NCBI RefSeq assembly: GCF_044704955.1
Contig: NC_091977.1
Location: 384,462,001-384,526,000, forward strand
Direction: 5' to 3'
Source: Pristiophorus japonicus
Lineage: Eukaryota
Length of the DNA: 64,000 nucleotides
In this document: positions 11,828 to 23,354 of the stretch, piece by piece
Position numbering within the stretch: the first letter of the stretch is position 1
Layout of the letters: every line of letters begins with the position of its first letter
Translations under genes and position numbers: made by a program
The notes under the pieces: generated by a model
Database searches by the model: none
What the model saw: the letters and a program-made list of their open reading frames with translations, nothing else
What the model was told of the DNA's origin: nothing

Positions 11828-13850
11828 TGGCTGCTGGACCTGCTGGAGGTGTAGCGAGGGGGGCAACCCGTTTTTCGGACAGAGAACTGGAGACACTGAA
11901 GCAGGCTGTGGAGGGAAGGAGGTGAGTCCTGTACCCCGATGGAGAGAGACTGAGTCAGGAAGTGTTCAGCAATGCCTGGTGCGAGATACCTGTGGAAGTC
12001 TCAGGGACTTCCATTCAAGACCGGAAGGCCACCCAGTGCCGAACAAGGCTGAACAACATCATCCGTCTGATGAAAGTGAGAACCTGTTCCACCAACTGCT
12101 GACCTTCATCAAGCCTCCCCTTCATCTTCTTTTATTTCCCACCTTCACTATTATAATCACTGAAGCAGCATTTCACTGTTGAGGCCTGTATATATATGTG
12201 TGTGTGTTCTCACAATGGAGGCCCCCTTTCATGTCACAGTTACAGTTGCATGTCAGGGACACACACTTGTGCACTCATTTCTGAGGCCTCATGACACCGC
12301 TACTCAGCAACCATTCTTTATTTTGCAGGCCAAGGTTGCGCACAACTGCATGGAACAGAGGAGGACTGGTGGTGGCGAGCCCCAGCTTCAACTCCTCACT
12401 CCTTTGGAGGAGAGGGTAGAGGCGCGAGTCGGCAGACTTGCTGCCTTCCCTGTGGCCACTGCTACTGGCAATGCCGACCCCCCTGTAGGCAGCATGGGTA
12501 AATGAGGCCTTCCTTTAATGCTATCTCTCCCTGAAAGCGCCAGTGCCTACTGTGCCTTTCCTTCTGAAAGTGTGCTAGTTGCAGCTTCTATGCGTCAATC
12601 CCTTATCTCTCCCTCATGGCATCCCTTGTGCCATTTATGCTTGCAGATGAAAGGTCGAGTGAGACCCAACGAGTGGGTCCTAGTACGAGTGGGAGGGCAA
12701 TGGAGGAGGACAGCCTTGAGGGGACGGAAAGCCATGGGGATCCTAACACCCGATAAGACATTGGGACCTCAAGCCTAGATGAAAACCCGGAGCTCCCTCC
12801 ATCCGTTGATGACAACTCAGATGAGGCAGAGGACAAGGGGGACACTGCTGGCAGCACCACGTCACTGATTCCACTCACACGCCCCAGCTCAGACACTGGG
12901 AGTACGCGGTCGGATTTAGTGGAGGTAGCAGAGGAGCCTGCACCATGCTGCACCGAGTCCGAGCGGGTTACAACATGGTGACGGGCACAGGGAACCTCAG
13001 GTGCCATCTTGTCGGGGGGGGGTGGGGGGGCGAGTCCGCACCAGAGTTCTGTTGAGGAGGACTCAGACGAGCGCATCGATGTTGGGGCTTATGAAAGAAG
13101 GGTGGAGGCCATGCATTCCCAGGTTTTAGGGCCAATGGCAAGGGTACTGGACAGGCTGCTGGAAGTGGTCAGGAGCATGAAGGAGTCTGCTCCTGCATTG
13201 TGGACAGCTCTGCGCACTCCATGGGGCCCATCATTGCCAGTGTGCAGACAATGGTGGACTCCGAGAGTGATCGTGCAGATCCAGCTGTGATGCTGCAAGT
13301 CATTGGTGATGTGGCAGCTGCCATTACAGCACAGGCGCAAGGGAACGAGTGTCTGAGTGCTGCTTTGGAGAGGATGGCCACGGCCCTGGAAGCTCAGAAT
13401 GCTCTTATACATTCTGTGCAACAGGCCAGGGAGCGTCTAACTGCTGTCATCTCTGGTGACTTTGAGACTGTGGCTGCTCTCATGCACTCAGCTCGATGCC
13501 ACCCAACATCTTACTGTTGCCTTCATAGCTGAGACCACCACAGGCCACGGGGGACCTTCCGGTATGGCGTCACAGCACCGACCTGAGCTCCCTCAGATTG
13601 GTAGTGATGGCAATGTGCCGCCCCAGGGGAGTGACGCAGGCTCCTTGGACTAGGATCCTGATGATGTGCTCTCTCAGGATCATATCTTGTCACTCTGCCA
13701 TTGCATCCAACCACAGACTCACCCGAGCCAAGGCCAACTGAATCCTCCAAGGAGGATACTGACCAGTCTTCAGTTGACCCTTCCAGAGCCAGAGCTGGTC
13801 GAGGGCATCCTAAGAGGACATCTGTAGCTTCCGCACAGTAAACACAGCAG
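11828..13850 (+). pseudogene. Harbinger accessory Myb/SANT-like DNA-binding protein remnant (multi-exon)
   Basis: RFSDRELETL at ~11869. Acceptor TTTTGCAG followed by AKVAHNCMEQRRTGGG..LTPLEE at ~12329. Acidic and then Ala-rich helical C-terminal segments. Confidence 0.7.
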
Positions 13851-13870
13851 CCTTCCCAGACCCATGAGAG

Positions 13871-15045
13871 GTTGTGGTGTATTTGGACTTCCAGAAGGCA
13901 TTTGACAAGGTGCCACATAAAAGATTACTGCACAAGATAAAAGTTCACGGGCTTGGGGGTAATATATTAGCATGAATAGAGGATTGGCTAACTAACAGAA
14001 AAGAGAGAGTTGGGATAAATGGTTCATTCTCAGGTTGGCAATCAGTAACTAGTCGGGTGCTTCAGGGATGAGTGCTGAGACCCCAACTATTTACAATCTA
14101 TATTAACGAATTAGAAGAAGGGACCGAGTGTAACATAGCCAAGTTTGCTGACAATACAAAGATAGGAGGAAAAGCAATGTGTGAGGAGGACACAAAAAAT
14201 CTGCCAAACAGGCTAAGTGAGTGGGCAAAAATTTGGCAGATGAAGTATAATGTTGGAAAGTGTGAGGTTATGCACTTTGGCAGAAAAAAATCAAAGAGCA
14301 AGTTACTATTTAAATGGAGAAAGATTGCAAAGTGCTGCAGTACAGCGGGACCTGGGGGTCCTGGTGCATGAAACACAAAAGGATAGTATGCAGGTACAGC
14401 AAGTGATCAGGAAAGCCAATGGAATCTTGGCCTTTATTGCAAAGGGGATGGAGTATAAAAGCAAGGAAGGGTATTGGTGAGATCACACCTGGAATACTGC
14501 GTACAGTTTTGGTTTCCATATTTAAGAAAGGATATACTTGCTTTGGAGGCAGTACAGAAAAGGTTCACTAGGTTGATTCCGGGGATGAGGGGGTTGACTT
14601 ATAAGGAAAGGTTGAGTAGGTTGGGCCTCTACTCATTGCAATTCAGAAGAATGAGAGGTGATCTTATTGAAACGTATAAGATTATGAGGGGGCTTGACAA
14701 GGTGGATACAGAGAGGATGTTTCCACTGATGGGGGAGACTAGAACTAGAGGGCATAATCTTAGAATAAGGGGCCCACTTAAAACTGAGATAAGGAGAAAT
14801 GTCTTCCCTGAGAAGGTTGTAAATCTGTGGCATTTGCTGTCTCAGAGAGCTATAGAAGCTGGGACATTGAATAAATTTGATAGAAATAGACAATTTCTTA
14901 AATGATAAGGGAAGAAGGGGTTATGGGGAGTGGGCAGGGAAGTGGACCTGAGTCTATGATTGGATCAGCCATGATCGTATTAAATGCGGAGCAGGATTGA
15001 GGAGCCATATGGCCTACTCCTGCTCCTATTTCTTATGCTCTTATG
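13871..15045 (+). mobile_element. CR1 LINE 3' fragment inside Harbinger
   Basis: VVYLDFQKAFDKV, KFADNTK and HLEYCVQFW peptides. (TTCTTATG)-type tail. Confidence 0.93.
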
Positions 15046-15284
15046 AGGCAGCCACAGGAAGACACTGCTGTGTAGTAGTAGGATAGGTACGCGTAAGAGG
15101 GGTTATAAGGAAATGCACAAGGGTGAGAAATGATGTTGTATTAGTTTTTTGCATTATGATGTAATAAATCTTTATTTTGTGTCCCTCTATCTGGCCAGAT
15201 GTAGAATTTGATGGTGGGCATTAATGTATGAAGGGAATCATTGGGATGGCCAAGGAAAAGCGAAGTTCAAGGGTCATGTGGGCA

Positions 15285-16480
15285 TTAAATCATATGAATC
15301 CTGCAACAATGAGAAAGGTCTGCACTTCCCTTGCAGGGTTGGGATGGCAACGACGCCTCCTGGGTGGCCGGCGACGCACATCCTGGTCCTCCTCCTCCTC
15401 CTGCGCCTCCTTCTCCTGCTGCTGTGCCTCCTCCTGAGGTGGTACTGCTGGATCGACCTCCAATGGCTGGCTCCTCAGAATTGCCAGGTTATGAAGCATG
15501 CAGTAGATGACACCCACGATGGAGACCCGTTCAGGCGAGTACTGCAATGCTTCATCAGAGTGGTCCAGGCAACGGGACCTCTGTTTGAGGATCCCGATGC
15601 AGTGCTCAATTATGCACCTGGTGACAGAATGAGTTTCATTGTAGGAATGTTCGCCAGTAGTTCTGGGATTCTGAAGGGGAGTCAGCAGCCAAGTGGACAG
15701 GGGATATCCCTTGTCCCCAAGCTGTCATCCACAATCCTGGTTTGGGCCCGAGAAGATGGCGGGCACACTGCTCGGGCGCAGGATGAAAGCATCGTGGCTG
15801 CTGCCTGGATACCGGGCATCAACTGCCAGGATCCTGCGATGGTGGTCGCACACCAGCTGGATATTCAGGGAGTGGAATCCCTTTCTGTTCATAAAAATCT
15901 CAGCATGGGTTTATGATGCCCTCAGTCCGATGTGTGTGCAGTTGATGGCCCCCCTGCACCCTGGAGAACCCTGCAATCGGGACAAATCCGGCCTGCCGTT
16001 CCACCTGCTTCTCCCTGGTCATCGGGAATGATATGTATTGGACTTTTCTCCTATAGAGAGCATCGGTCACATGACAAATGGAGCGATGGGCGGAGAACTG
16101 AGATATTAGAAATGTCTGCAGTTGCAGATTGGAAAGAGCCAGTTGCGTAGAAGTTCAGTGCTATGGTGACTTTTGTTTCAATGCTAGGAGCTGTCCTCAG
16201 CCTTGTCTGAAGCTGCAGATCTGGCCGCAGGAGATTACAGAGCTCCCTCAGGATGTCCTTTATAAATCGGAGCCTTCGCAGACATTGCTCATCGCTGAGC
16301 TCCAGGAAGGAAAACTGATGTCAGTATAACCTGGCACAGTAGGGCCTCCTTCCCCCAGGTCTGTGCTGGGCCCCTCTGATGGCAGCTGGCTGATTGCCTT
16401 CTCCCTCATCCTGTTGATGGTCCTCAGCCTCTGCAGGCTGAAGCTGGCTAGCATCTAGCTTCTTCCCCACTATCTGGTGT
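15285..16480 (-). pseudogene. HARBI1-like Harbinger DDE transposase remnant
   Basis: Minus-strand FYATGSF, GAINCTH, NRKGFHSLNIQLV, YPGSSHDAFI, GDKGYP and CMLHNLA motifs, with an acidic tail. Frame-disrupted. Confidence 0.9.
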
Positions 16481-16660
16481 GGGGGTTTAGCGAACCTGAC
16501 CCTCCTCCTGATGCCAGCTCCTTCCTGGCCAACCTCTCTGCCTTGAGGTCTGCGGCCATGTCCAGGCCCTTCTCCATGGTAGGCTGCTATGCATACTGCC
16601 TCCCTTGCCCGCTGCCTCTGGACCCATTGCTGATGGTGCCGCCACTCCCTGAATATCCAG

Positions 16661-16990
16661 CTGGGGAAGTCCAGAACCAGGGGTCACAGTCTGAGGATAA
16701 GGGGTAAGCCATTTAGGACCGAGATGAGGAGAAACTTCTTCACCCAGAGAGTGGTGAACCTGTGGAATTCTCTACCACAGAAAGTAGTTGAGGCCAATTC
16801 ACTAAATATATTCAAAAGGGAGTTAGATGAAGTCCTTACTACTCGGGGGATCAAGGGTTATGGCGAGAAAGCAGGAAGGGGGTACTGAAGTTTCATGTTC
16901 AGCCATGAACTCATTGAATGGCGGTGCAGGCTAGAAGGGCTGAATGGCCTGCTCCTGCACCTATTTTCTATGTTTCTATGTCTATGTTTC
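16661..16990 (+). mobile_element. CR1 3' fragment (young subfamily)
   Basis: Near identical to 1777-2111, with a TTTCTATG tail. Confidence 0.93.
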
Positions 16991-17934
16991 CTGTGTGCCT
17001 CCATGCCTCTCACAATGTGGACAAGGCGTTCCCTTGCTAACATTGAGCCCATTGCGTCTGCAGGCTCAACCCTCATTAGGAGACCTCTGTGGAGAACAGA
17101 ATCAGGCCCCCAGCCCACTAGTAATCACAGCGAGTAAAAAAACTTTTCATAAGTCGTTAAAAGTTCTCACAAGTCCGCAACAGTTTTTGGAACGCCCAAC
17201 AATTTTTTAGAACTCCTCAAAATTTTAGGGCACAAAAATCCCGATCCTACCAAAACTCCTTTCTCCTCTGCTGGCGGTCTCGAGCAGCCCGGCAAAGTGG
17301 TTCAACACAAAAAGCTGTTGGGCACACTGTCAGGAAGCAGGTAATTTTTTTATAGTGAATATCGGTTGCGGGGCAGAGTGGCAGCGGGCACACGGTGATT
17401 GTGTCATCACGACTGCAACCACAGTACCACAACGGAAGTGGGGGGAGCGGGGTGGAAGTCATCACCGCTGGAAAAATGGCCTAGATAAATTTCGCTGGCG
17501 GCGGCCATTGGACCGGAGGTCAGCGGCCGCTCAACTCCACTGCCTGGCCGCCGCGTTCCGGCGGGAACGGGTCTTTTTGGGGAACTGAATTTTGGCCCCA
17601 CAAAGTCATATCTTTCAGTCATCATCCATACTTCTGCATCTCTGTGTGTGTCCTGTCCCACCAGAAAAATAGATCCACCAGAGGTAAAGGCACAGCATTA
17701 AACAGTTGGGTGGGAAGTGTGGACCTGAGGTACTTAAAATTGACTCCAAGAAGTTTCATGACTTCAGGTCAAATAAAGCCAAGGAAACCTCCTGCTGGTT
17801 GGTACCTAACGGGCTTCTTCAACTGACAAATGACCTCTATGATGAACATATAATGGAAACTCTGAAGGAAACAAAGACACAAATTTACTTTATGTGGGGT
17901 ACTTCAATGCCCACCACCAAAAATTGCTTGGCAG

Positions 17935-17939
<5 letters not shown>

Positions 17940-17970
<31 letters not shown>

Positions 17971-18811
17971 AGCCAGTCCCTCGGAATCGAGAAAGACTTG
18001 CTTCCACTCCTGAAGTGAGTTCTTTGGTGGCTGTACAGTCCAATATGTGAGCCACAGACTCTGTCACAGGTGGGACAGATAGTCGTTGAGGGGAAGTGTG
18101 GGTGGGACTGGTTTGCCGCACGCTCTTTCCGCTGTCTGCGCTTGTTTTCTGCATACTCTCGGCATTGAGACTCGAGGTACTCAGCGCCCTCTCAGATGTA
18201 CTTCCTCCACTTAGGGCGGTCTTTGGCCAGGGACTCCCAGTTGTCAGTGGGGATGTTGCACTTTATCAGGGAGGCTTTGAGGGTGTCCTTGTAGCATTTC
18301 TGCTGCCCACCTTTGACTCGTTTGCCATGAAGGAGCTCCGAGTAGAGCACTTGCTTTACTCTGGCATGCGGACTATGTGGCCTGCCCAGCGGAGCTGATC
18401 AAGTGTGGTCAGTGCTTCAATGCTGGGGATGTTGGTCTGGTTGAGGATGCTAATGTTGGTGCGCCTGTCCTCCCAGGGCATTTGTAGGATCTTGCAGAGG
18501 CGATATTTCTCCAGCAACTTGATGATGTCTACTGTACATGGTCCATGTCTCTGAGCCATACAGGGGGCGGGTATTACTACTGCCCTGTAGACCATGAGCT
18601 TGGTGGCAGTTTTGAGGGCCTGGTCTTCAAACACTCTTTTCCTCAGGCAACCGAAGGCTGAACCACTTCCCATATCTCGGGAGCCTCCTATCAACAAGAG
18701 CAGGTATCGACGACGAGATCCAACACTGCCTCCAGTGCGCCAGTGCAGCCTTCGGTCGCCTGAGGAAAAGAATGTTTGAAGCCCAGGCCCTCAAAACTGC
18801 CACCAAGCTCA
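17940..18811 (-). mobile_element. RTE-clade LINE 3' part with 5' inversion
   Basis: (CAT)n tail and QLRWAGHIVRM peptide. 18661-18811 is inverted. TSD TGGCAGCATCA at 17929 and 18812. Confidence 0.9.
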
Positions 18812-19249
18812 TGGCAGCATCACTACTGACTGAAGGACATAGCTACCAGACTGAGTCTGCATCTGGGGAAGAGGAAACAAAGGAATAATTGTTGGAGGCC
18901 AATCATCACAGTGCCAAGGCAGGCATCTACTTTAACATTAAACTTTCCTCTGTCATAAGGTGAGAAGTGGGGCTGTTAACTCATGATTCTATAGTGTTTA
19001 GCTTCATTTGCAACTACTTATAAAATGGAGCAGCCCATGCCAGCTGACAAAAGGACTTGGATAATGTCGAGGCTGGCTGAAAAATGAAAAGTAATATTTT
19101 TGCCACATAAATGATAGGTAATGACCATCTCCAATAATAAAAGGCCCAACAATAAATCCCTGAGTCACTGAGTCCTGCACCATCAACATCTTGAGGGTCA
19201 TCATTGACCAGAAGCTTAACTGGACACCATCAACATGGCTACAAGAGAG

Positions 19250-19375
19250 TACATAGAATCATAGAATCATAGAATGGTTACAACACAGAAGGAGGCCATT
19301 CAGCCCATTGAGCCCATTCCGGCTCCCTGCAAGAGCGCTTCAGCTAGTCCTACTCCCCCACCCTTTTCCCGAAGG
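19250..19375 (-). mobile_element. CR1 3' tail fragment
   Basis: (CATAGAAT)3 tail followed by GGAGGCCATTCAGCCC. Confidence 0.75.
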
Positions 19376-19854
19376 TGCATGGTAGGACAAAGGCTGGATG
19401 CTCTGACAAGTGGCTGCGTGTCTTGCGTCCTTACTCCCCATTGCCTCTATACCATCTACAAGGCTAAAGTCAGGAGTGTGCTGAGATGCTCACCGTTCAC
19501 CTGGATAGGTGCAACTACAACAACACTCAAGAAGCATGATACTATCCAGGAAAGAGCAGTTTTCTTGATCAGCACCCTCCCACTAAATTCAATATCCACC
19601 TCGTCCTCCACTTGCACACTGTGGCTACAGTATGTACTATTTACAGTATACTCTGTAGCAAGTCTTCTAACGTACTTCAATAGCACCTCACAGCCCCATA
19701 GCCTCTATCAATGAGAAGGGCAAGCCTCTATCAATGAGAAGGGCAAGAGTAGCAATGTCATGGAAAAACCATCACTTCCAAGTAACCTTCCAAGTCACCC
19801 ATCATCCTGATAGGGACATATATCACTGCTCCTTCATCAACGCTGAGTCAATAT

Positions 19855-20043
19855 TGTACCCCAGTGAGACTCAGTGTCTGGGCAACTGTACTCCAGTGAG
19901 AGTCAGTATCTGTGGAACTGTACCTCAGGGAGAGTCAGTGTCTGGAATTCTACCCCAGTGAGAGTCAGTGTCTGTGGAATTCTACCCCAGTGAGAGTCAG
20001 TGTCTTATGGAACTGTACCCCAGTGAGAAGCAGTGTCTGTGGA
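19855..20043. repeat. ~32-bp minisatellite x6
   Basis: Units approximating TGTACCCCAGTGAGAGTCAGTGTCTGTGGAAC, directly abutting. Confidence 0.9.
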
Positions 20044-21216
20044 TTTGGAACACTATTGTAGGAGCAAACATCAGCACAAGTATTGCAGTGATTGAAGGAG
20101 CAGGTCCATGACCATCTTCTCAGGGCAACTAGGGATGGGCAATAAAAGTGGCTTTAGCAACTTTGCCCACTGCTGAGGCCATCACAGACCCTGACAGCAA
20201 TGAAAGTATAGACTATTTTCCTGCTTAACAATGATGACTACAGTTCAAAAAGTAACCCATTGAATCAGAAGCACTTCGGAAAGCCTGACGAGGTTCTATG
20301 TAAATTAAAATTCAGCGGCCTAGAAACAGGCATTCACATAAAGGTGGCATAATGCCCACTTGAAACCCTCTTCCTGAAATTGGGCACATCGCCGGCTACG
20401 TTCAGGATAACCAGGTCTACATGCAGCACAACCAATGGCCCTGGAGTGCTCCTCACAGCTTCACTGTAGTCCTGAAGACTGTTGCCCATCCCAGTTTGGC
20501 CCCTTCCAGATTGTCTTGCCCCTTCCCGATCAGCCCCTACCTCCCTCCCACATGACAGCTCCATCCCTGACTCCCAATTGCTCATCTCTCTCACAATCAC
20601 CTCTGGCCCAACTTCATCATCGTGGAACTGGCGAGCTGTCTCTGGTTGCACAACTGGCGTCCACAATTCACCAGCAATATGCTGATGAGGCCCAAGGCCC
20701 AATTTAGGGTGAGCTTCAGGCCTCTGCCTTCTGCCGCACTTCCAGTATGCTGCATATTTGAGGCTTCAAAATGGGCCACGATGAATTTCCACACCTTTAT
20801 TTCTTAACTCAGAACATTGTCAACACATTTGATCACTATTGTCCATTATGCAATTTTCTTTTCTGGCATATTTCTAGGTGTTTTAAATGGAGTTTAATAA
20901 AAAAAATTACTTCATTCCTTTGAGTGAAGAGCATTTGTTTTTACTTATAGAAGAACACATGTGAAATGTGCTGCTATGCTGACTCCTTGTACTACATGAC
21001 GTAGTGCATTGTGTTCTTTATTGTGTACTGCTCCTAAGTGATAAACTTTTGGAAGGATTAGATCTGACGGCCCCCTGAGGGGTCTCTGGAAGACTTTCTT
21101 GTGCTCCTGTTGGTCACCTATTACTATGTGCTGCAGACCCAAATAATCATGCCTGTCCTCATCTGTGGAGGCTGTAGTCAACGCTCTTCAGGATCTGAAG
21201 TTCTACTGAATATCTG

Positions 21217-22638
21217 TTGATTCGACACCAGATGTCACACACTCAGATCACTGACATTTTGTCCCGCTATATTCTACTGACTGGTGCTGAGGAAAGGTTC
21301 CTGAAGTTCTTGCCAATAATCGGTTATACTGGGCAAGAAATAGCAGGAATAATACTGGCCTTTCTGGATGAGAAAGGGATCGACATACAAAATTGTCGCG
21401 GACAATCTTATGATAATGCTTCAACTATGAGTGCGAAATACATTGGTGTCCAAATTATCATCAAAGAGCAATGCCCATATGTGCCATTTATACCATGCAC
21501 AGTGCATTCACTCAACCTTATGGGGAAAAACAGTGTTGGATGCAGCCCAGTGATCATCAGATTTTTTGACATTGTACAAAAGTTGCACACTTTTACTCTT
21601 TGCATCGACGTATCGCTGGCAACTGCTTTATGAAAAACTAAAGCCTTTAGGGCTTTCTATCATCAAACAGCTTTCTGCTACTCGATGGTCAGCAAGGTAT
21701 GAAGCAGTGTCACCCTATGTGGAGTGTTGGAATCCCCGGCAACTGACGAGGAACAGAAAGTTGAATGCCGAAATGAAGCTCAGTTGATCCTTGACAAACT
21801 GGGTGAACTGCATTCAGCTATTCTCATTGTTATTTGGAACATAGTCTTGAAGCGCTTTCACCTGATCAATCTCTCGCTTCAAGAGACCGGCTTGAATCTG
21901 AATGTCATGGTGTCCTTACTCGAGTCCCTTGTCAATTTTGTCAAGACCCAGCAGACAGAGTTTGAGGACTTTGAAGACGTAGGGATTAAACTGTGTGGCC
22001 ACAATGAGTACAATTCAGCTCAGAGGCGTGTCCGGGTAAGCAATCGCCGCTATGACAACGGAGATGCTGAAAGCACTGTGCTGTCACCCAAGGAGAAATT
22101 CAAAACTGAAATGTTCCTTGTCATCATTGATCAATTAATCAGTACCTTGAAACACCGCCTTGAAGCATACAAGGAAACCAACTGTAAGTTTGGATTCCTG
22201 TCCAAGCTAGCCGCTCTCTCGATTCATGAGATCAAGCAAACCGCAACAAATCTTGCCCACTCCTATCCCAAAGATCTGGAACCTATGATTGAAAGTGAAT
22301 TAATCCAGTTTTCTATCTTGGTGGCATCCTCAACAGAGCTTCAAATCTCAATTTGTGTCAAACAAACTAAGTCAGCAGAGCAGAGAATGTGTCAATTCCG
22401 CCATACACACACCCCCACCCAAACCTCATCTAACATTGAAATAGCTCTTCGGATATATCTGTTAATGATGGTATCGAATTGCAGTGGTGAGCGGTCTTTC
22501 TCAAAACTAAAATGCCTCAAGGATGAGGTCAGGAACCGAATGGGACAAGATCGACTTAATAGTCTTTCAATCATGAGCATCGAGAGCGAAGTACTGAGAG
22601 GACTTGACTTCTCGAAAATCGTTGATGAGTTTAGCTGA
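21217..22638 (+). pseudogene. hAT-superfamily transposase remnant (ZMYM1/PRKRIR-like, C-terminal hAT dimerisation domain)
   Basis: CRGQSYDNASTM, PCTVHSLNL, LSATRWSAR, SNCSGERSFSKLK and MGQDRLNSLSIMSIE across three frameshifted ORFs. Confidence 0.9.
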
Positions 22639-23049
22639 CAAAAATCTAGGAAAGCCCAATGCAATGTTATACTTGTAGTTGCCTTTGTAGAGAAAATGAA
22701 ATCCAAATCTATTGCACTGTCTTGTTCTAAATTGTTGTCATTGTCGATTTAGTTTCAAAATGTAAGGATTTAAAAAAATTAAAGCCTTGTTGTTTACTGT
22801 TTATACAGGGTTTCATCAAGGTATCGATTTGATTGTTTGGAAACATAATAAAATATTAAATGAATGTCGTCATAGTATCAATGAGAACATAACCCGAGAT
22901 CTAGACCTGACCTGATCTTGACCTGATGCATACTCACTATAGCCTGTGACTTAGCTCACTAATATTATTTACTGCAGGATGTGAATGGGAGTAGGGGGCC
23001 CATGGCCGGGGTACTGCTCAGGGCCGGAGTCACCCTTAATCCGTCCCTT
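21217..23049 (+). mobile_element. hAT DNA transposon, 3' part
   Basis: Transposase remnant, AT-rich 3' UTR with AATAAA, and a TIR-like end CTTAATCCGTCCCT at ~23035-23049. Left TIR not found. Confidence 0.7.
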
Positions 23050-23354
23050 GGCATAAGGGCTGCTTCTACCAGTGTAAGAGTTTTAAAAAAGAAAACAAGA
23101 AAATGTTATCACTAATTTATACATTAAAAACCCTGTCCAATAAAGGGCTCTCCTCCTTCGGCCACCGACATGGCCAACAGCCCTTCTCTCTTGACTCCGC
23201 CTTACTAGAGCATATAGAATGCAATGCTGTTGAACAAGTAATGGCCTCATTAAAGTTTCAGAAATAAGTTTCTCTCAAGCTCAACTGTTATGTCTGTCTG
23301 CCACTGCAAGCTCGGAGGCTCACCACCGTATTGTGTGTAAACGTTGCACTGACT

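Larger units (their letters stand above)
11537..17599. mobile_element. PIF/Harbinger DNA transposon, full extent, decayed, with two CR1 insertions
   Basis: TIRs GGGGCTAAAATTCAG (11537) and CTGAATTTTGGCCCC (17585-17599), 14/15 match. Contains convergent Myb/SANT-like and transposase remnants. Confidence 0.88.
10085..20170 (+). mobile_element. Old tRNA-headed SINE/LINE-derived element shredded by later insertions (pieces ~10085-10207, 11248-11535, 17600-17935, 18815-19245, 19380-19850, 20045-20170)
   Basis: B-box-like GAGTTCAAATC at ~10125. Endonuclease-like remnants, LINE C-terminal IYKAKVRSVL peptide, and a 3' end AGGGCAACTAGGGATGGGCAATAAA. Pieces join across the inserted elements. Confidence 0.55.

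Noticed and set aside
15224-15916. 230-aa plus-strand ORF with a Leu-rich stretch
   Set aside because: Antisense to the Harbinger transposase. The poly-Leu mirrors the poly-Glu codons.
15285-16480. Domesticated HARBI1 gene
   Set aside because: Disrupted frame, lies within TIRs, and several paralogous remnants occur in the same window.
19855-20043. CRISPR repeats (32-bp unit)
   Set aside because: Units abut with no unique spacers.
21217-22638. Host ZMYM1/PRKRIR gene
   Set aside because: Intronless, frameshifted, N-terminally truncated and followed by a TIR-like end, so a transposon remnant.
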